DNA of 64,000 nucleotides from Pseudomonadota bacterium (lineage in GTDB: Bacteria > Pseudomonadota > Gammaproteobacteria > Steroidobacterales > Woeseiaceae). Numbering within the stretch: position 1 is the stretch's first letter; every line of letters starts with the position of its first letter. The notes below the pieces were generated by a model that searched no databases, had not been told where the DNA came from, and worked only from the letters and a program-made list of their open reading frames with translations. Location of the stretch: assembly GCA_039821645.1 (NCBI GenBank), contig JBCBNU010000008.1:1576-65575 (forward strand). Direction: 5' to 3'. A program made the position numbers and the translations under genes. Shown here in pieces: positions 54,624 to 64,000 of the stretch.

Positions 54624-55760
54624 CTAGTCAACCGCATCCTGCAGTACGCAGACGGTCTGGTCGATGTCGACATTCTTGACGTGCGAGTGAATCGGCAGCG
54701 TCAATATCCGATCCGCAAAGTCGCTAGCACTTCCCAGCGAATCCTGCACAACGACATGTTCGTTAGTGCCGGGAATCTCATTCACAGGACGCGGATATAG
54801 CCGAGTTGCCCCGAGCCCAAGGCGCTCAAGGCGATTGAGTGCAAACTCCCGAGCCTCAGATGAAGGCGCCAAGACGGTGTAACGCAACAGGCTGCGTGAT
54901 GCATCCGCTTTGCACTCGCTGGGCAAGTCGCGCCATTCGGGCACTGACGAGAGACCTGCGGACCATAAGGCGCGCCGTGCTTCGAAATCAGTTGCCCGAA
55001 GATGTTGCGCTATGCCTGTGGCCACCGCAGCAATGCCGCCAGCATCCAACGTCGCCAGGCGGTGGAGCGGGTGGAAAACCGTCTCGCCGATGCTGAGACC
55101 CGGCAGCCGGAGCAACACCGAGTAGGCGCGAGGGTGAATCAACAGATTGTAGGCGAGACGCTTCAGCGCCGAGGGCGCCGAAACAGCGCCGCTCGTCGCA
55201 ACGCCTTCCACAGACGCTTCCAGCGCACTATCAGCAACCCATAGCGCACCGCCGACCAAGGCGCTGGCCGGTTTGCCACGGCCGAAGCTGAATACCAGTG
55301 CATCCGAGCAGCGCATCGCGATATCGCTTGGCGGATATGCCTGGCAGTGGTCATAAACCAGAGGCAGACCCACCGAGTCACAAAGGACACGCAGATCAGC
55401 CAGACGCTCGTCGATGCCTTGGAAATTCACGGCAACCAACGCGACCGCGTTCGGGCTCAGCGCACCCTTAAGCGCGGTCAGCGACATCCAGGGTCGGTCG
55501 CGCTCAAGGTCAACAAGTACCGCCTTAGCACCTGCAAAAGCGATAGCGCTAACGACATCGGGGCAAGTGTAGGCTGGCATGATGATTTCAGGTGTCCCTA
55601 TCACCGAGCTGCGCTGGATGATTGCCTTCAGGATTGCGGCGAGCGCCATTGTCCCCGAGCCAAAGAAACTGAGATCACGCCCTGCCAGTGGCTCCAGGTC
55701 CGCACCGCCGCTTGCCGGTATCGCCTCGCCGACAGGCCTAAGCGCGCGCAAGTGCTTCAC
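54624..55760 (-). CDS. DegT/DnrJ/EryC1-family PLP-dependent sugar aminotransferase
   Basis: The small-domain layout includes GSGTMALAAILKAI and IIMPAYTCPDVVSAIAFAGAKAVLVD. The Schiff-base Lys context is FSFGRGKP. Confidence 0.7.
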   Translation of the reverse strand: MKHLRALRPVGEAIPASGGADLEPLAGRDLSFFGSGTMALAAILKAIIQRSSVIGTPEIIMPAYTCPDVVSAIAFAGAKAVLVDLERDRPWMSLTALKGALSPNAVALVAVNFQGIDERLADLRVLCDSVGLPLVYDHCQAYPPSDIAMRCSDALVFSFGRGKPASALVGGALWVADSALEASVEGVATSGAVSAPSALKRLAYNLLIHPRAYSVLLRLPGLSIGETVFHPLHRLATLDAGGIAAVATGIAQHLRATDFEARRALWSAGLSSVPEWRDLPSECKADASRSLLRYTVLAPSSEAREFALNRLERLGLGATRLYPRPVNEIPGTNEHVVVQDSLGSASDFADRILTLPIHSHVKNVDIDQTVCVLQDAVD

Positions 55761-55763
55761 CCG

Positions 55764-56375
55764 TCATCGATCGCCTCGGCCGAACCATCGAACCAGCCGG
55801 CGACGGATACGCTTCAGGATTGGCTCTGCCCGCCGTGATTCGGCGGTATTCGCGCGTGGAAATGGTTTAGCGGGCACCTGATGCCCAAGAAAGCCGCATA
55901 ACGCTTGCCATCCATCTCCCGCAGTCAAGTCCATGATCAGCAAATCGTCGGGCCGGTCTTTAAAGTACTCACGAACTTCTTGCCCGTGTTGCCGGTAACG
56001 TTCGAGGTAAATCGATTCATTACCCTCTGGAGCACCTGCATCGGCACCGTAGATCATCTTGCGCATGGGAGTTGTTCGGGTACCAAAGTGCTTCACCTGG
56101 CTTCGAACCCATCCGTCAGCATCACGCTCGGTCAGGACAAATTTGCTGCCGGGATAACGCGCATCCAGCTCTTTGAAAACGATCGGCCAAGGGTTGTCCT
56201 GAAACGCATCGTACTCGGTAACGGCCTGCTCGATGATCGACCAGAGGTTCTCGGCAATATCCGGATCATGCACGCCGTTCGGCCCGGTTACTCGATACCC
56301 GAGTTCGCGCAGCGCCACCGTCATACTGGAGGTGCCGGTCTTGTGAAACCCGATGCAGAAAACCTTGGCCTTCAT
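55764..56375 (-). CDS. Sulfotransferase (P-loop-like, Sulfotransfer_4-type)
   Basis: The PAPS 5'-phosphosulfate-binding loop lies at the N-terminus: KVFCIGFHKTGTSSM. The ATG at 56375 has GGGGAG upstream. The track start at 56465 adds 30 Arg-rich residues. Confidence 0.7.
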   Translation of the reverse strand: MKAKVFCIGFHKTGTSSMTVALRELGYRVTGPNGVHDPDIAENLWSIIEQAVTEYDAFQDNPWPIVFKELDARYPGSKFVLTERDADGWVRSQVKHFGTRTTPMRKMIYGADAGAPEGNESIYLERYRQHGQEVREYFKDRPDDLLIMDLTAGDGWQALCGFLGHQVPAKPFPRANTAESRRAEPILKRIRRRLVRWFGRGDR

Positions 56376-56388
56376 CACTCTAGCTCCC

Positions 56389-57537
56389 CTACCGCACCGA
56401 CGGCTTCCACGTCGTGATTCGCTTCCCGCGAACAAACTGAATCGCGGCGAGCCCGATTGCCGCATTCACCTGGGCAAAGAAGAACACGACGCGCATCAGC
56501 CCACTTTCACGCAATACGGGGGCAACCCAGGCCATCAATGCCGCGCCGTAGAACAGCAATTGCGCGACCAAGGCCAGCAGGACCAAAGGGGACTTCGGTA
56601 CAAGCAATGTCGAGACAGCCAGTGCGAGGAGAAACCACGGGACCAGCCAGCGCATGATCTTGTGACTCCACACTTGAAACGCGAACCAACCCATCTTCGG
56701 GAAGCTCAACACCACAGGAGCACGCGCCACTGCAGTCATCCCTCGAATCACCGTGCGCACCTTGCGCTGAAACTCTTTCGCAGGATTCTTGATGTCTTTG
56801 TAGACGCCGATCACCGCCGGACTGGACACCGCGACGAGACCCTGGCGGGCGCAATTGAGTGCCGTGTTGAAGTCGCTGGGCGACACAATATCCCAGTCAC
56901 GACACACGCTTGCTCGCGCTGCGAAAAAAGAGCCACTCAGTCCCACCAGCCCGGCCAATCGAGACTCCTGCGCCCTCAGCCACATCTCATAGCGTACGTA
57001 CAATCCTTCGCCGGCCACCTCACCATCATCGGTGATAAAGCGGTCTTCGCTCGAAACCGCGCCGACGGTTGGGTCACGAAATACGTCGACGAGATTGCGG
57101 ATGGCTTCCACCGGAACCGACGTTGCTGCATCCGAAAACACGAGGATGTCGCCTGTCGCCGCCTTGACCGCAAGCGATTGCGCGTACTCTTTACCAAGAT
57201 GCTCGTCGGCGCGAACCAAAGTGACCCCTTCAGTGCGGCTGACAATCTCATCGGTTTCATCTGTCGAACAATCCGATGCGACGAGAATCTCAAATCGATC
57301 ATCGGGATAATCGATAGCGAGGCTATTGGCGAGCTTCTCCTCGATACGGGCCGCTTCATTGTGCGCCGCGATAATCAATGTCACCGAAGGTAGCGCGTCT
57401 TCCGTTGCAGCACCGGGCTCGCGCTTCGGCAACAACATCAGAATCAGGGGGTACAGGAAGTAGCTATAGACGGCACAAATCGCCAAAAAAACCACCAGCG
57501 CATCGGTCCAAAATGTACTCATCTGCGTGTACTCCAA
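56389..57537 (-). CDS. Membrane-embedded family-2 glycosyltransferase (TM - GT2 - multi-TM, synthase-like topology)
   Basis: The GT2 core is VTLIIAAHNEAARIEEKL...ILVASDCSTDETDEIV...VFSDAATS. There is one N-terminal TM segment and 3-4 C-terminal TM segments. QRKVRT lies at the position where processive synthases carry Q(Q/R)xRW. Confidence 0.85.
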   Translation of the reverse strand: MEYTQMSTFWTDALVVFLAICAVYSYFLYPLILMLLPKREPGAATEDALPSVTLIIAAHNEAARIEEKLANSLAIDYPDDRFEILVASDCSTDETDEIVSRTEGVTLVRADEHLGKEYAQSLAVKAATGDILVFSDAATSVPVEAIRNLVDVFRDPTVGAVSSEDRFITDDGEVAGEGLYVRYEMWLRAQESRLAGLVGLSGSFFAARASVCRDWDIVSPSDFNTALNCARQGLVAVSSPAVIGVYKDIKNPAKEFQRKVRTVIRGMTAVARAPVVLSFPKMGWFAFQVWSHKIMRWLVPWFLLALAVSTLLVPKSPLVLLALVAQLLFYGAALMAWVAPVLRESGLMRVVFFFAQVNAAIGLAAIQFVRGKRITTWKPSVR

Positions 57538-58400
57538 TGGGACAAATCACGCTCGATCAGTTTTCCAAGCAGGGCCACTTCCGGTGCAAACTCTGCGCGC
57601 AGTTGCGCTGCGAATTTCGGATCGCGTTGCGGCGTGCTGACGCCGCGGCGGTTGAATGCCCGCAACCGCTGTCCCAGCCCGAGCGACTGAATACCGAGCA
57701 GGCGCTTTGCGCCGCTGAGGCTTCGGCTCACCCACGCCGGTGGTCTGCGCACAAAGTGCTCCAGAGCTCGCGACTTATGCCCCTTTCGCGCGTTGTAAGC
57801 AGAAGCGTCCTCAATCGTGTGAGACGGCAGATCAAGGAAACGAAGTACTTCGGAGTACTGCTGCACAGAATCTGCCTTCAGATCCTCGAACACAACAAAG
57901 TGGATTTGTTCTCTTGGCACACGAGACAGGAGACGTTCGACCTGGGATCCCAATGCACACGCTGCCCGATAGTTTCGAATGCGCCCCGGCTCGTTCGGTT
58001 GCGCCATCCAGGCACGCTCCGGCGATGCCTCGGACTCTGACATGTTGTAGAGAAACTGCGAATGCAGCGAAAAAAACATATCCGCGGGATCACGCAGCAT
58101 CACCACTAGCTTTGCATCCGGCCGAAACCGCAGAATGTTGTCAACCGCTGTCTCAGAAAACAAATACCAGGTGGATGCCTCCCCCATCCGAGTGGCAGAA
58201 GGATCGGCGTTTTCAAAGAGTGCAAGGTAATCCCGTTCTGTCTGCACCGTCCGCATCTTCGGAAGATCCGTCGAAAAGAAGTTTGGCTCCTTGGGCTTGC
58301 ACACAAAAACGTTGGGATGCCGATCGAGGTAGACCCACATCGAGCTCGTACCAGACTTGGGCGCGCCGATGATAAAGAACTCGGGTTTCAAACTGCCCAC
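57519..58400 (-). CDS. Sulfotransferase (Sulfotransfer_1/3-type)
   Basis: The 5'-PSB loop is FIIGAPKSGTSSM. The 3'-PB region is VVMLRDPADMFFSLHSQ. Confidence 0.85.
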   Translation of the reverse strand: MGSLKPEFFIIGAPKSGTSSMWVYLDRHPNVFVCKPKEPNFFSTDLPKMRTVQTERDYLALFENADPSATRMGEASTWYLFSETAVDNILRFRPDAKLVVMLRDPADMFFSLHSQFLYNMSESEASPERAWMAQPNEPGRIRNYRAACALGSQVERLLSRVPREQIHFVVFEDLKADSVQQYSEVLRFLDLPSHTIEDASAYNARKGHKSRALEHFVRRPPAWVSRSLSGAKRLLGIQSLGLGQRLRAFNRRGVSTPQRDPKFAAQLRAEFAPEVALLGKLIERDLSHWSTRR

Positions 58401-58409
58401 CGATTCGCC

Positions 58410-59243
58410 CTATAAAATTTCATAACCAAAGTGACGAAGGGAGTCACCAGCAACTCGATTCACTATCGCGATTTGTTCAGGAGTCAGCTTCTCGATGCTG
58501 ATTTGATTCATGTTTCGAACCGCTTCTTTGCGTTCATGAATCGCCAGCGCCTCCGGACGATAGAAACCCTGCGTCGTATTGAGACCCGCAAACTCGGCGA
58601 CCCGCGCCAGCGCCGCTTCAGGGTCTTCGCACAGATCCTCATACTTCAGCCACATGAGGTTATCGAGGTGTTCAGCATCCTCGAGCAAGACGTCGTTGCC
58701 ACGCGCCCACTGACGCGCTGACATTTCGATTGGCCAGCCTTCATCGAAGTGCTTCGGATCCCCCTTACGGGTAATGCCCTCAGCCACGGCGTACCCATTC
58801 CTGACCAGCGCCACGAAGTACGCATCCTTGAAGTGCGCCTGCAGCCACCGAGTCCGAGCGGAATTGGGCGGTGACTTCTCCATGAACACTTCGCCCTGCC
58901 CGCGCGCGCGCATGCCCCACTCGCGTTTGATGCGCACCGCGTCGGGTCCGGCATCGTGTTCGGTGAGACGGAAAAGGGACTCTTTTTCAACCCACATCCG
59001 TGGCACACCGATCGCATAGTCCTTGACGAGCTGATCGGTGATGAAGTGTCCTTCGGTCGGCAGCGAACGTATTTCCGGGTGGCGAGACAACAATTCAGCG
59101 AGGAGCGTGGTCCCCGAGTTGTAGCAACCGACAAGAAACAACCATCTCTTCGGCGATGGAACAGGCGTCAGCGCAATTCGCACCTCTCGCCACATATTGC
59201 CAAGGCTTTCCCGGAATACCGATTTGAGTCGTGTCCCAGCCAT
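58410..59243 (-). CDS. Sulfotransferase (Sulfotransfer_3-type)
   Basis: The 5'-PSB-like loop is LFLVGCYNSGTTLLAELL. The second motif region is YFVALVRNGYAVAEG. Confidence 0.75.
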   Translation of the reverse strand: MAGTRLKSVFRESLGNMWREVRIALTPVPSPKRWLFLVGCYNSGTTLLAELLSRHPEIRSLPTEGHFITDQLVKDYAIGVPRMWVEKESLFRLTEHDAGPDAVRIKREWGMRARGQGEVFMEKSPPNSARTRWLQAHFKDAYFVALVRNGYAVAEGITRKGDPKHFDEGWPIEMSARQWARGNDVLLEDAEHLDNLMWLKYEDLCEDPEAALARVAEFAGLNTTQGFYRPEALAIHERKEAVRNMNQISIEKLTPEQIAIVNRVAGDSLRHFGYEIL

Positions 59244-59355
59244 AACGCGCGCACAACGCCCCTCATAAAAAACTCGCGAACTTTAGCCTATCCGCGCAGC
59301 GCCCGCTATGTTACAAAGCGCGTTTTTATAAGGTTCGAAAAGCGGAACGACGCGC

Positions 59356-60198
59356 ATGTATATCAGCGAAAAACTCGCGTTCGTCGAACTGCATAAGACC
59401 GGCGGGTCGCATATCGGTCGTTGGCTCGCGAAAACCTTACCGGGCGAGCAGATCGGCAAACATAATCGTCTCGCACCGGAGCACTATGACAAATTCGTCG
59501 TTGGCTCCGTACGTAACCCCTGGGATTGGTACGTCTCGCTCTGGGCCTACGGCTGCTCATCACGCGGCAGCGTCTGGAAGCAAACAACAGACGCCCCGAA
59601 CTGGGCCTACTATCGACGCTCTCTTCACCGCGAAATGGGCCGGCGACGGACGGGGCCAGCAATCGCTATACGTCAATGGTTCAACGATCGGCGTAAACCG
59701 CGAAGTGAGTGGCAGCGCACCTATAGTGACTCGAGCAATCCCGCTGCTTTCCAACGCTGGCTCAAGATGATGCTCAATCCCGGCCGAAGTCTTGATCTGC
59801 GCGAGGGCTACGGGTTTTCCTGGGTAGCCGAGCGGGCCGGCTTGATGAGCTATCGATACATCAAATTATTCACCAGCATCGGCGACGCGCTCTACCAAAC
59901 GAGGCATCAAGAGCCCATCGATGTGTTAATTGATCGTCTGGGATTTGTAGACGCGTTTGTGCGGACCGAGCAACTGGAGCCCGACCTGGTCGCTGCCATT
60001 GAGACTGCGCAGATCGGACTATCGTCCGAACAACGCACGGCAATTCTCGAATCCGGCGCACAGAAGACCAATACCTCTGATCGTCGATCAGCAGGCTTCT
60101 ACTACGACCCGGCAACGATCAAGCTCGTTGCAGAGCGCGAGCGCGTGATTATTGAGCGTCACGGTTACACACCGCCCGAACTTGAGAGCGCCCTATGA
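59356..60198 (+). CDS. Sulfotransferase (Sulfotransfer_2-like)
   Basis: The N-terminal loop is AFVELHKTGGSHI. The RNPW motif region is VVGSVRNPWDWYVSLWAY. Confidence 0.7.
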   Translation: MYISEKLAFVELHKTGGSHIGRWLAKTLPGEQIGKHNRLAPEHYDKFVVGSVRNPWDWYVSLWAYGCSSRGSVWKQTTDAPNWAYYRRSLHREMGRRRTGPAIAIRQWFNDRRKPRSEWQRTYSDSSNPAAFQRWLKMMLNPGRSLDLREGYGFSWVAERAGLMSYRYIKLFTSIGDALYQTRHQEPIDVLIDRLGFVDAFVRTEQLEPDLVAAIETAQIGLSSEQRTAILESGAQKTNTSDRRSAGFYYDPATIKLVAERERVIIERHGYTPPELESAL

Positions 60199-60965
60199 GT
60201 TTTCTCAAAGTCGCCTACGAGCGCTTGCTCGATGAGGAAACCCGGAAACGGATTTACAAGTGGCGGCACCCGGAACACTTCCAAAGAATGCGCGAACAGG
60301 TGAATCCCTCCGAGAAGGGTAATTTTTCACTAAAGCCATTCGACGAGCATCAATGCATCTTCGTGCATATCACCAAATCGGCGGGCACATCGGTGGCCTT
60401 GGCACTATTCGACCACCTGCCCTATCACCACACTGCACGGGACTACCGCGTGATCTACGGTCGAGACACCTTCGAGCGTTACTTCAAGTTTGCGTTCGTT
60501 CGTAATCCGTGGGATCGCCTGTATTCAGCGTACTCATACCTTCGCGGTGGAGGTTGGGATGAACACGATCAAGTATGGGCTGAAGAGCACCTGGCCCGCT
60601 TCACATCGTTTGAAGAATTCATACTTACGGCATTCTCTTGGCAGTGGCTCAGCCGACATCTGCACTTCAAGACTCAAATCGACTTTATCGGTGATCGACG
60701 ACAACAACCGATGATCGACCATCTAATGTACTTCGAAACGCTGACGACAGACTTCAACCATCTCGCACAGAAGCTGTCGCTTGACGCGCGCCTTGAACAC
60801 CGAAACCCCTCTGCCCGGGCTGGCTATAAAGAAGTCTACACGCCCGAGATGATCGCGGTGGTAGAACGGGTTTATGCTGACGACATCCGGACCTTCGGGT
60901 ACGACTTCGAAGGCATCGTGAACAGAACTCGGGTTGTCGACGGCGCCTGGACTCGCGATGACTGA
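60195..60965 (+). CDS. Sulfotransferase (Sulfotransfer_2 family)
   Basis: Motifs present are IFVHITKSAGTSV and FAFVRNPWDRLYSAYSY. The start overlaps the upstream sulfotransferase stop. Confidence 0.8.
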   Translation: MSFLKVAYERLLDEETRKRIYKWRHPEHFQRMREQVNPSEKGNFSLKPFDEHQCIFVHITKSAGTSVALALFDHLPYHHTARDYRVIYGRDTFERYFKFAFVRNPWDRLYSAYSYLRGGGWDEHDQVWAEEHLARFTSFEEFILTAFSWQWLSRHLHFKTQIDFIGDRRQQPMIDHLMYFETLTTDFNHLAQKLSLDARLEHRNPSARAGYKEVYTPEMIAVVERVYADDIRTFGYDFEGIVNRTRVVDGAWTRDD

Positions 60966-62085
60966 CTCCCGGCCTGGGTTCCTACTGGTTGCGAATTGGC
61001 CATCGGATGTAGGCTTTGCCTGGTGGTTGATGGAGAGCTACTGGGCAGCACTGGCCAACCACTACCACCCCGACTTCCGAATGGTACTGGCGTTTCCGAA
61101 AATCAACGAAATTCCAGCGGTGATTCGCAATGCGCCGATCGACACAGTCGAATACGCCTTCGGGCGGAACGCGATCGGCCTCGACCTTCAGTTCCTGCAG
61201 CGGCACCGGATTCGGGAGATTTACTTTAGCGACCGCCCAAACATTGACGCTCGTTACTTGCGCTATCGACGCGCTGGCGTCCAACACATTATTACGCACG
61301 ATCACACCCCCGGACTGCGCACGCCTCCGACGGGCCTCAAACGAGTCTTGAAATGGTCAAGGGCACGAATCCCGGGGCTTGTTTGCGATGCTGCGATCGG
61401 CGCTACGGAGTTTGTCCGACAGCGCACCATCGACACGAATCTCTTGCCAGCCGAAAAGTGCTTCGCCGTGCCGAACGGACTTCCGGCAGCGCAAGCACTA
61501 ACGCCGCGGAATCCGGTCGAGGAATTCGCGCTCGACCCTGATGCGGTGCACATGGTTATGACAGCGAGAGCCAATCCCTACAAAGGTCTACGGTTTGTAC
61601 TCGACTGCCTTGCCAGGTTTCGACGTACCGAATCCGTCGACCTTCAGTTCACGCTTTTGGGAGATGGGCCCATGCTGAACGAATTGATGACGCTGGCCGC
61701 CGATCACGATATCGCTGACGCGTGCCACTTCCCAGGCTATGTAGACGGCGTCAGTGCATTGCTGCCCGGCTTTGATTTTGCGATTCATCCGTCTAAGGGT
61801 GAAGTCGGATACTCACTCGCGATCCTCGAGTACATGCGAGCGGGCTTGGCGACGCTCGTGCCCGACAACCCATCCGTTTGCGGCGCAACCACCCATGGAC
61901 AAACGGGTCTTATCTTTCGTGAAGGCGACCAGGACGCTTGCATCGCGGCGATGAAAGCCATGGCGTGCGATCCAGCCTACCGCTCCGAACTCGGTGAGGC
62001 AGCAAGAATCGACGAAAGACGCTACTCACTAGCTAACGCACACAAGCGACTACTGGAAATTGTCGAAACGACACTCTCGCGTTAG
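60958..62085 (+). CDS. GT4-family (GT-B fold) glycosyltransferase
   Basis: The C-terminal domain carries the E-x7-E region: PSKGEVGYSLAILEYMRAGLATLVPD...GQTGLIF. The ATG at 60958 overlaps the upstream stop (ATGACTGA) and is preferred over the track's TTG at 60934. Confidence 0.85.
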   Translation: MTDSRPGFLLVANWPSDVGFAWWLMESYWAALANHYHPDFRMVLAFPKINEIPAVIRNAPIDTVEYAFGRNAIGLDLQFLQRHRIREIYFSDRPNIDARYLRYRRAGVQHIITHDHTPGLRTPPTGLKRVLKWSRARIPGLVCDAAIGATEFVRQRTIDTNLLPAEKCFAVPNGLPAAQALTPRNPVEEFALDPDAVHMVMTARANPYKGLRFVLDCLARFRRTESVDLQFTLLGDGPMLNELMTLAADHDIADACHFPGYVDGVSALLPGFDFAIHPSKGEVGYSLAILEYMRAGLATLVPDNPSVCGATTHGQTGLIFREGDQDACIAAMKAMACDPAYRSELGEAARIDERRYSLANAHKRLLEIVETTLSR

Positions 62086-63557
62086 TGCCGACCAAGCTTC
62101 GCCAAAAGCGCGATACGCACCGATTTGAGATCGTCGCGGGTTGCAGGGTCTCGCTCCAGCATCCACCAAAGTGCTCCAAGCAGGAAAAGCCCCAGCGCGC
62201 ACTTGCCCGCCGCACTGACCCATAGCGACATCTCCGCAAGAAAAAGTATGTCCAAGGCAACGACTGAAGCGCCGATGACGATAAACCAGAAAGCTGGGAA
62301 AAGCCGCACTGAGATATCAAACGTGCGCTTTGCTACTGATGCTGTGATCAACAACATAAGAAACGCAGCGGCCACTGTCGCGTAGGCTGCCCCAAGATAG
62401 CCAAGCGCGGGGATCATTGCGATGTACATCACGGTCAGCAGCGCAGCAGATCCATACTTCAGTGTCGCAATGAGGTAGGTGCGCTCCGAAGCAAGGAAAC
62501 TGACATTCAAGAACAGTGCGAGCTGCTTCAGAACGACGGAAAACGCTAATGGTGGGACTGCAAGTGAGGCCGTATGAAACGCCGGGTCTGCCATCACCCG
62601 GATAACGATGTCCGCGAACAAACTGATCCCGGTAGCCATAACCACTAGCGCTGCCGAAAGCAGGGCATAGACCGACCGGTAGACCGGAGCGCCCCGATCA
62701 TCGCGACGCAGTAGCGCAAAACGCTCAGTCTGCCACCATTGATTGAACGGTTGCCAAATCAGGATCATCACAAGAGTGCTGAATCGCGCTGCAAGGTCAT
62801 ACAACCCCACCTCGGACAAACCACCGAAATAGCGAATCATGAACCGATTGGCAAAAGTGACGTAGACCGCTGCTGCACTGCCTACCCACAATGGCCAGCT
62901 GAAGCGAATCAACCGTCGTGTTAGTGTCTTGCGGATGCGCCATCCACCCGTTTGGTAGATTGTGTAGACGCCCAAGACCAGACCGAAACCAGATGATGAC
63001 AACACTGTACTAGCGACCACACCGGCAACGCCCCATTCAAGAAACACGACAAACCAGATGTTTAGCGACAAAGCGACGACAAGCTTTGTGAGTGAAACCG
63101 CCATAAACAAGAAGGGTTTGTCGCGCAGTCGAATGTAAACCAATGCGTAGTTTTCGATGGCGACTGTGATCAGGGTGATGCCGTACAGCGCAACGAAGTG
63201 CCAGAGCGCGATATCGGCAAGGAATGCGTTCGCAAGCGGTCGTGACATTGCTGCGATCAGCAAGGCACCAATTCCGCTGGCGGTGATGGTAATCGCTAAT
63301 GCAGTGCCGATGACCGTGCCGCGCTCCTTTTCGTCATCGTGCTCGTAGTAGAACTTTGGAATCGCAGAGGCAAACCGGGCACCGAGAACGAGCTCGAAAA
63401 TCGAAATCAACAGCGCCAACATCGCGACGATGCCGTAATCGCTTGGCGCGAGATAGCGCGTGTAGATGGGCAGCATCAAAAAGCCGACGATCTGGCGAAT
63501 GATAGCGCCGGCGGAATAGATCCCGAGGTGTTTGGCAGCGTTCTTACGACGACCCAT
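62082..63557 (-). CDS. Wzx-like oligosaccharide flippase (MOP/polysaccharide biosynthesis protein family)
   Basis: The 491-aa protein has about 12-14 TM segments. The N-terminus (AKHLGIYSAGAIIRQIVGFLMLPIYTRYLAPSDYG) is typical of Wzx/RfbX. Confidence 0.8.
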   Translation of the reverse strand: MGRRKNAAKHLGIYSAGAIIRQIVGFLMLPIYTRYLAPSDYGIVAMLALLISIFELVLGARFASAIPKFYYEHDDEKERGTVIGTALAITITASGIGALLIAAMSRPLANAFLADIALWHFVALYGITLITVAIENYALVYIRLRDKPFLFMAVSLTKLVVALSLNIWFVVFLEWGVAGVVASTVLSSSGFGLVLGVYTIYQTGGWRIRKTLTRRLIRFSWPLWVGSAAAVYVTFANRFMIRYFGGLSEVGLYDLAARFSTLVMILIWQPFNQWWQTERFALLRRDDRGAPVYRSVYALLSAALVVMATGISLFADIVIRVMADPAFHTASLAVPPLAFSVVLKQLALFLNVSFLASERTYLIATLKYGSAALLTVMYIAMIPALGYLGAAYATVAAAFLMLLITASVAKRTFDISVRLFPAFWFIVIGASVVALDILFLAEMSLWVSAAGKCALGLFLLGALWWMLERDPATRDDLKSVRIALLAKLGRH

Positions 63558-63562
63558 ATCGC

Positions 63563-64000
63563 CTATTCCTGGGAAGAGGTTTGCGATCGGCGAATGTGTT
63601 CGTTATAGATAGCGGTCATTTGTTTGCCGATCACCTCACTGGAGAAACGACTCTCAACCCAATCACGTCCGGCAACCTGCCATTCCTGCCAACGGTCAGG
63701 GTGAGCCAAGACCCGCTTCAACGCATCAGCAATCGCTTGCGCGGATCGATCTTCAATCAAAAAGCCCGCTCGACCGTCGTCGATGCACTCGGGAATACCC
63801 CCGGTTCGCGTTGCGATGACCAACAAGCCCGACGCCTGCGCCTCCTGCAACACCACGCCTTGTGTTTCTTGCCAGCGGTCTGCAGATGCTCCAAGGGACG
63901 CCAACACCAGCACATGGCAACGCTCGAAGACCGCACGCAAGTCCTCATCCACCAGAAGCCCGTGGAAAACCACTTCATCTGTCAATCCGCCGGACTCAAC
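63563..64000 (-). CDS. GT1/GT4-family glycosyltransferase, C-terminal part only (5' end lies beyond the window)
   Basis: The reading frame stays open to the window edge. The GT-B C-terminal domain is VLVLASL...ETQGVVLQEAQASGLLVIATRTGGIPECIDDGRAGFLIEDRS. Confidence 0.8.
   Translation of the reverse strand, partial: VESGGLTDEVVFHGLLVDEDLRAVFERCHVLVLASLGASADRWQETQGVVLQEAQASGLLVIATRTGGIPECIDDGRAGFLIEDRSAQAIADALKRVLAHPDRWQEWQVAGRDWVESRFSSEVIGKQMTAIYNEHIRRSQTSSQE

Noticed and set aside
56353-57393. 346-aa ORF on the plus strand
   Set aside because: It is antisense to the GT2 gene. The composition is His/Arg/Gln-rich and no motifs are present.

Overview
This 64-kb window comes from a GC-rich proteobacterial chromosome. 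Gene content suggests an aquatic or marine gammaproteobacterium, but that is inference only. It is densely coding, and I saw no rRNA, tRNA, CRISPR array, IS element or transposase. All calls rest on motif reading of the supplied translations and hand indexing. Coordinates of non-CDS features are good to a few nt, and no database search was possible.

Contents from left to right:
- **1-2259:** the integrase end of a chromosomal integron. It has an intact intI, an attI-side junction, one complete cassette, one recognisable attC, and a second cassette that runs off the window and encodes a pilin-head-like secreted protein.
- **2153-7042:** a SorAB-like sulfite dehydrogenase pair, a YhcB-like protein, a Sel1-repeat protein and a secreted repeat protein.
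- **7184-20583:** a 12-gene orphan biosynthetic cluster. It encodes a GH3 amido-synthetase, an MLE-subgroup enolase, an ACP, an adenylating ligase, UbiD, an SDR, an SdhA/NadB-like flavoprotein, a methyltransferase, a Cys-type alpha/beta hydrolase, a P450, a GNAT and UbiX.
- **20703-23936:** a lipoprotein with 12 tandem PASTA domains and a ConA-like C-terminal domain.
- **23958-25964:** a redoxin / cytochrome c / PHM-like copper monooxygenase / EF-hand fusion protein, followed by a TonB-dependent receptor.
- **28699-37087:** a leucine-catabolism (liu) cluster in which a MaoC-type hydratase and a CitE-type lyase occupy the operon where the usual crotonase (LiuC) and HMG-CoA lyase (LiuE) would be expected.
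- **37084-49165:** a two-component system, an RND efflux pair, gltX and tyrA.
- **~49.2 kb to the window end:** a polysaccharide locus with five sulfotransferase genes from several families. It also encodes a DegT aminotransferase, a membrane-embedded GT2, two GT1/GT4 enzymes, a Wzx flippase, and two FN3 lipoproteins. The first FN3 lipoprotein gene is preceded by what reads as a c-di-GMP-I (GEMM) riboswitch.
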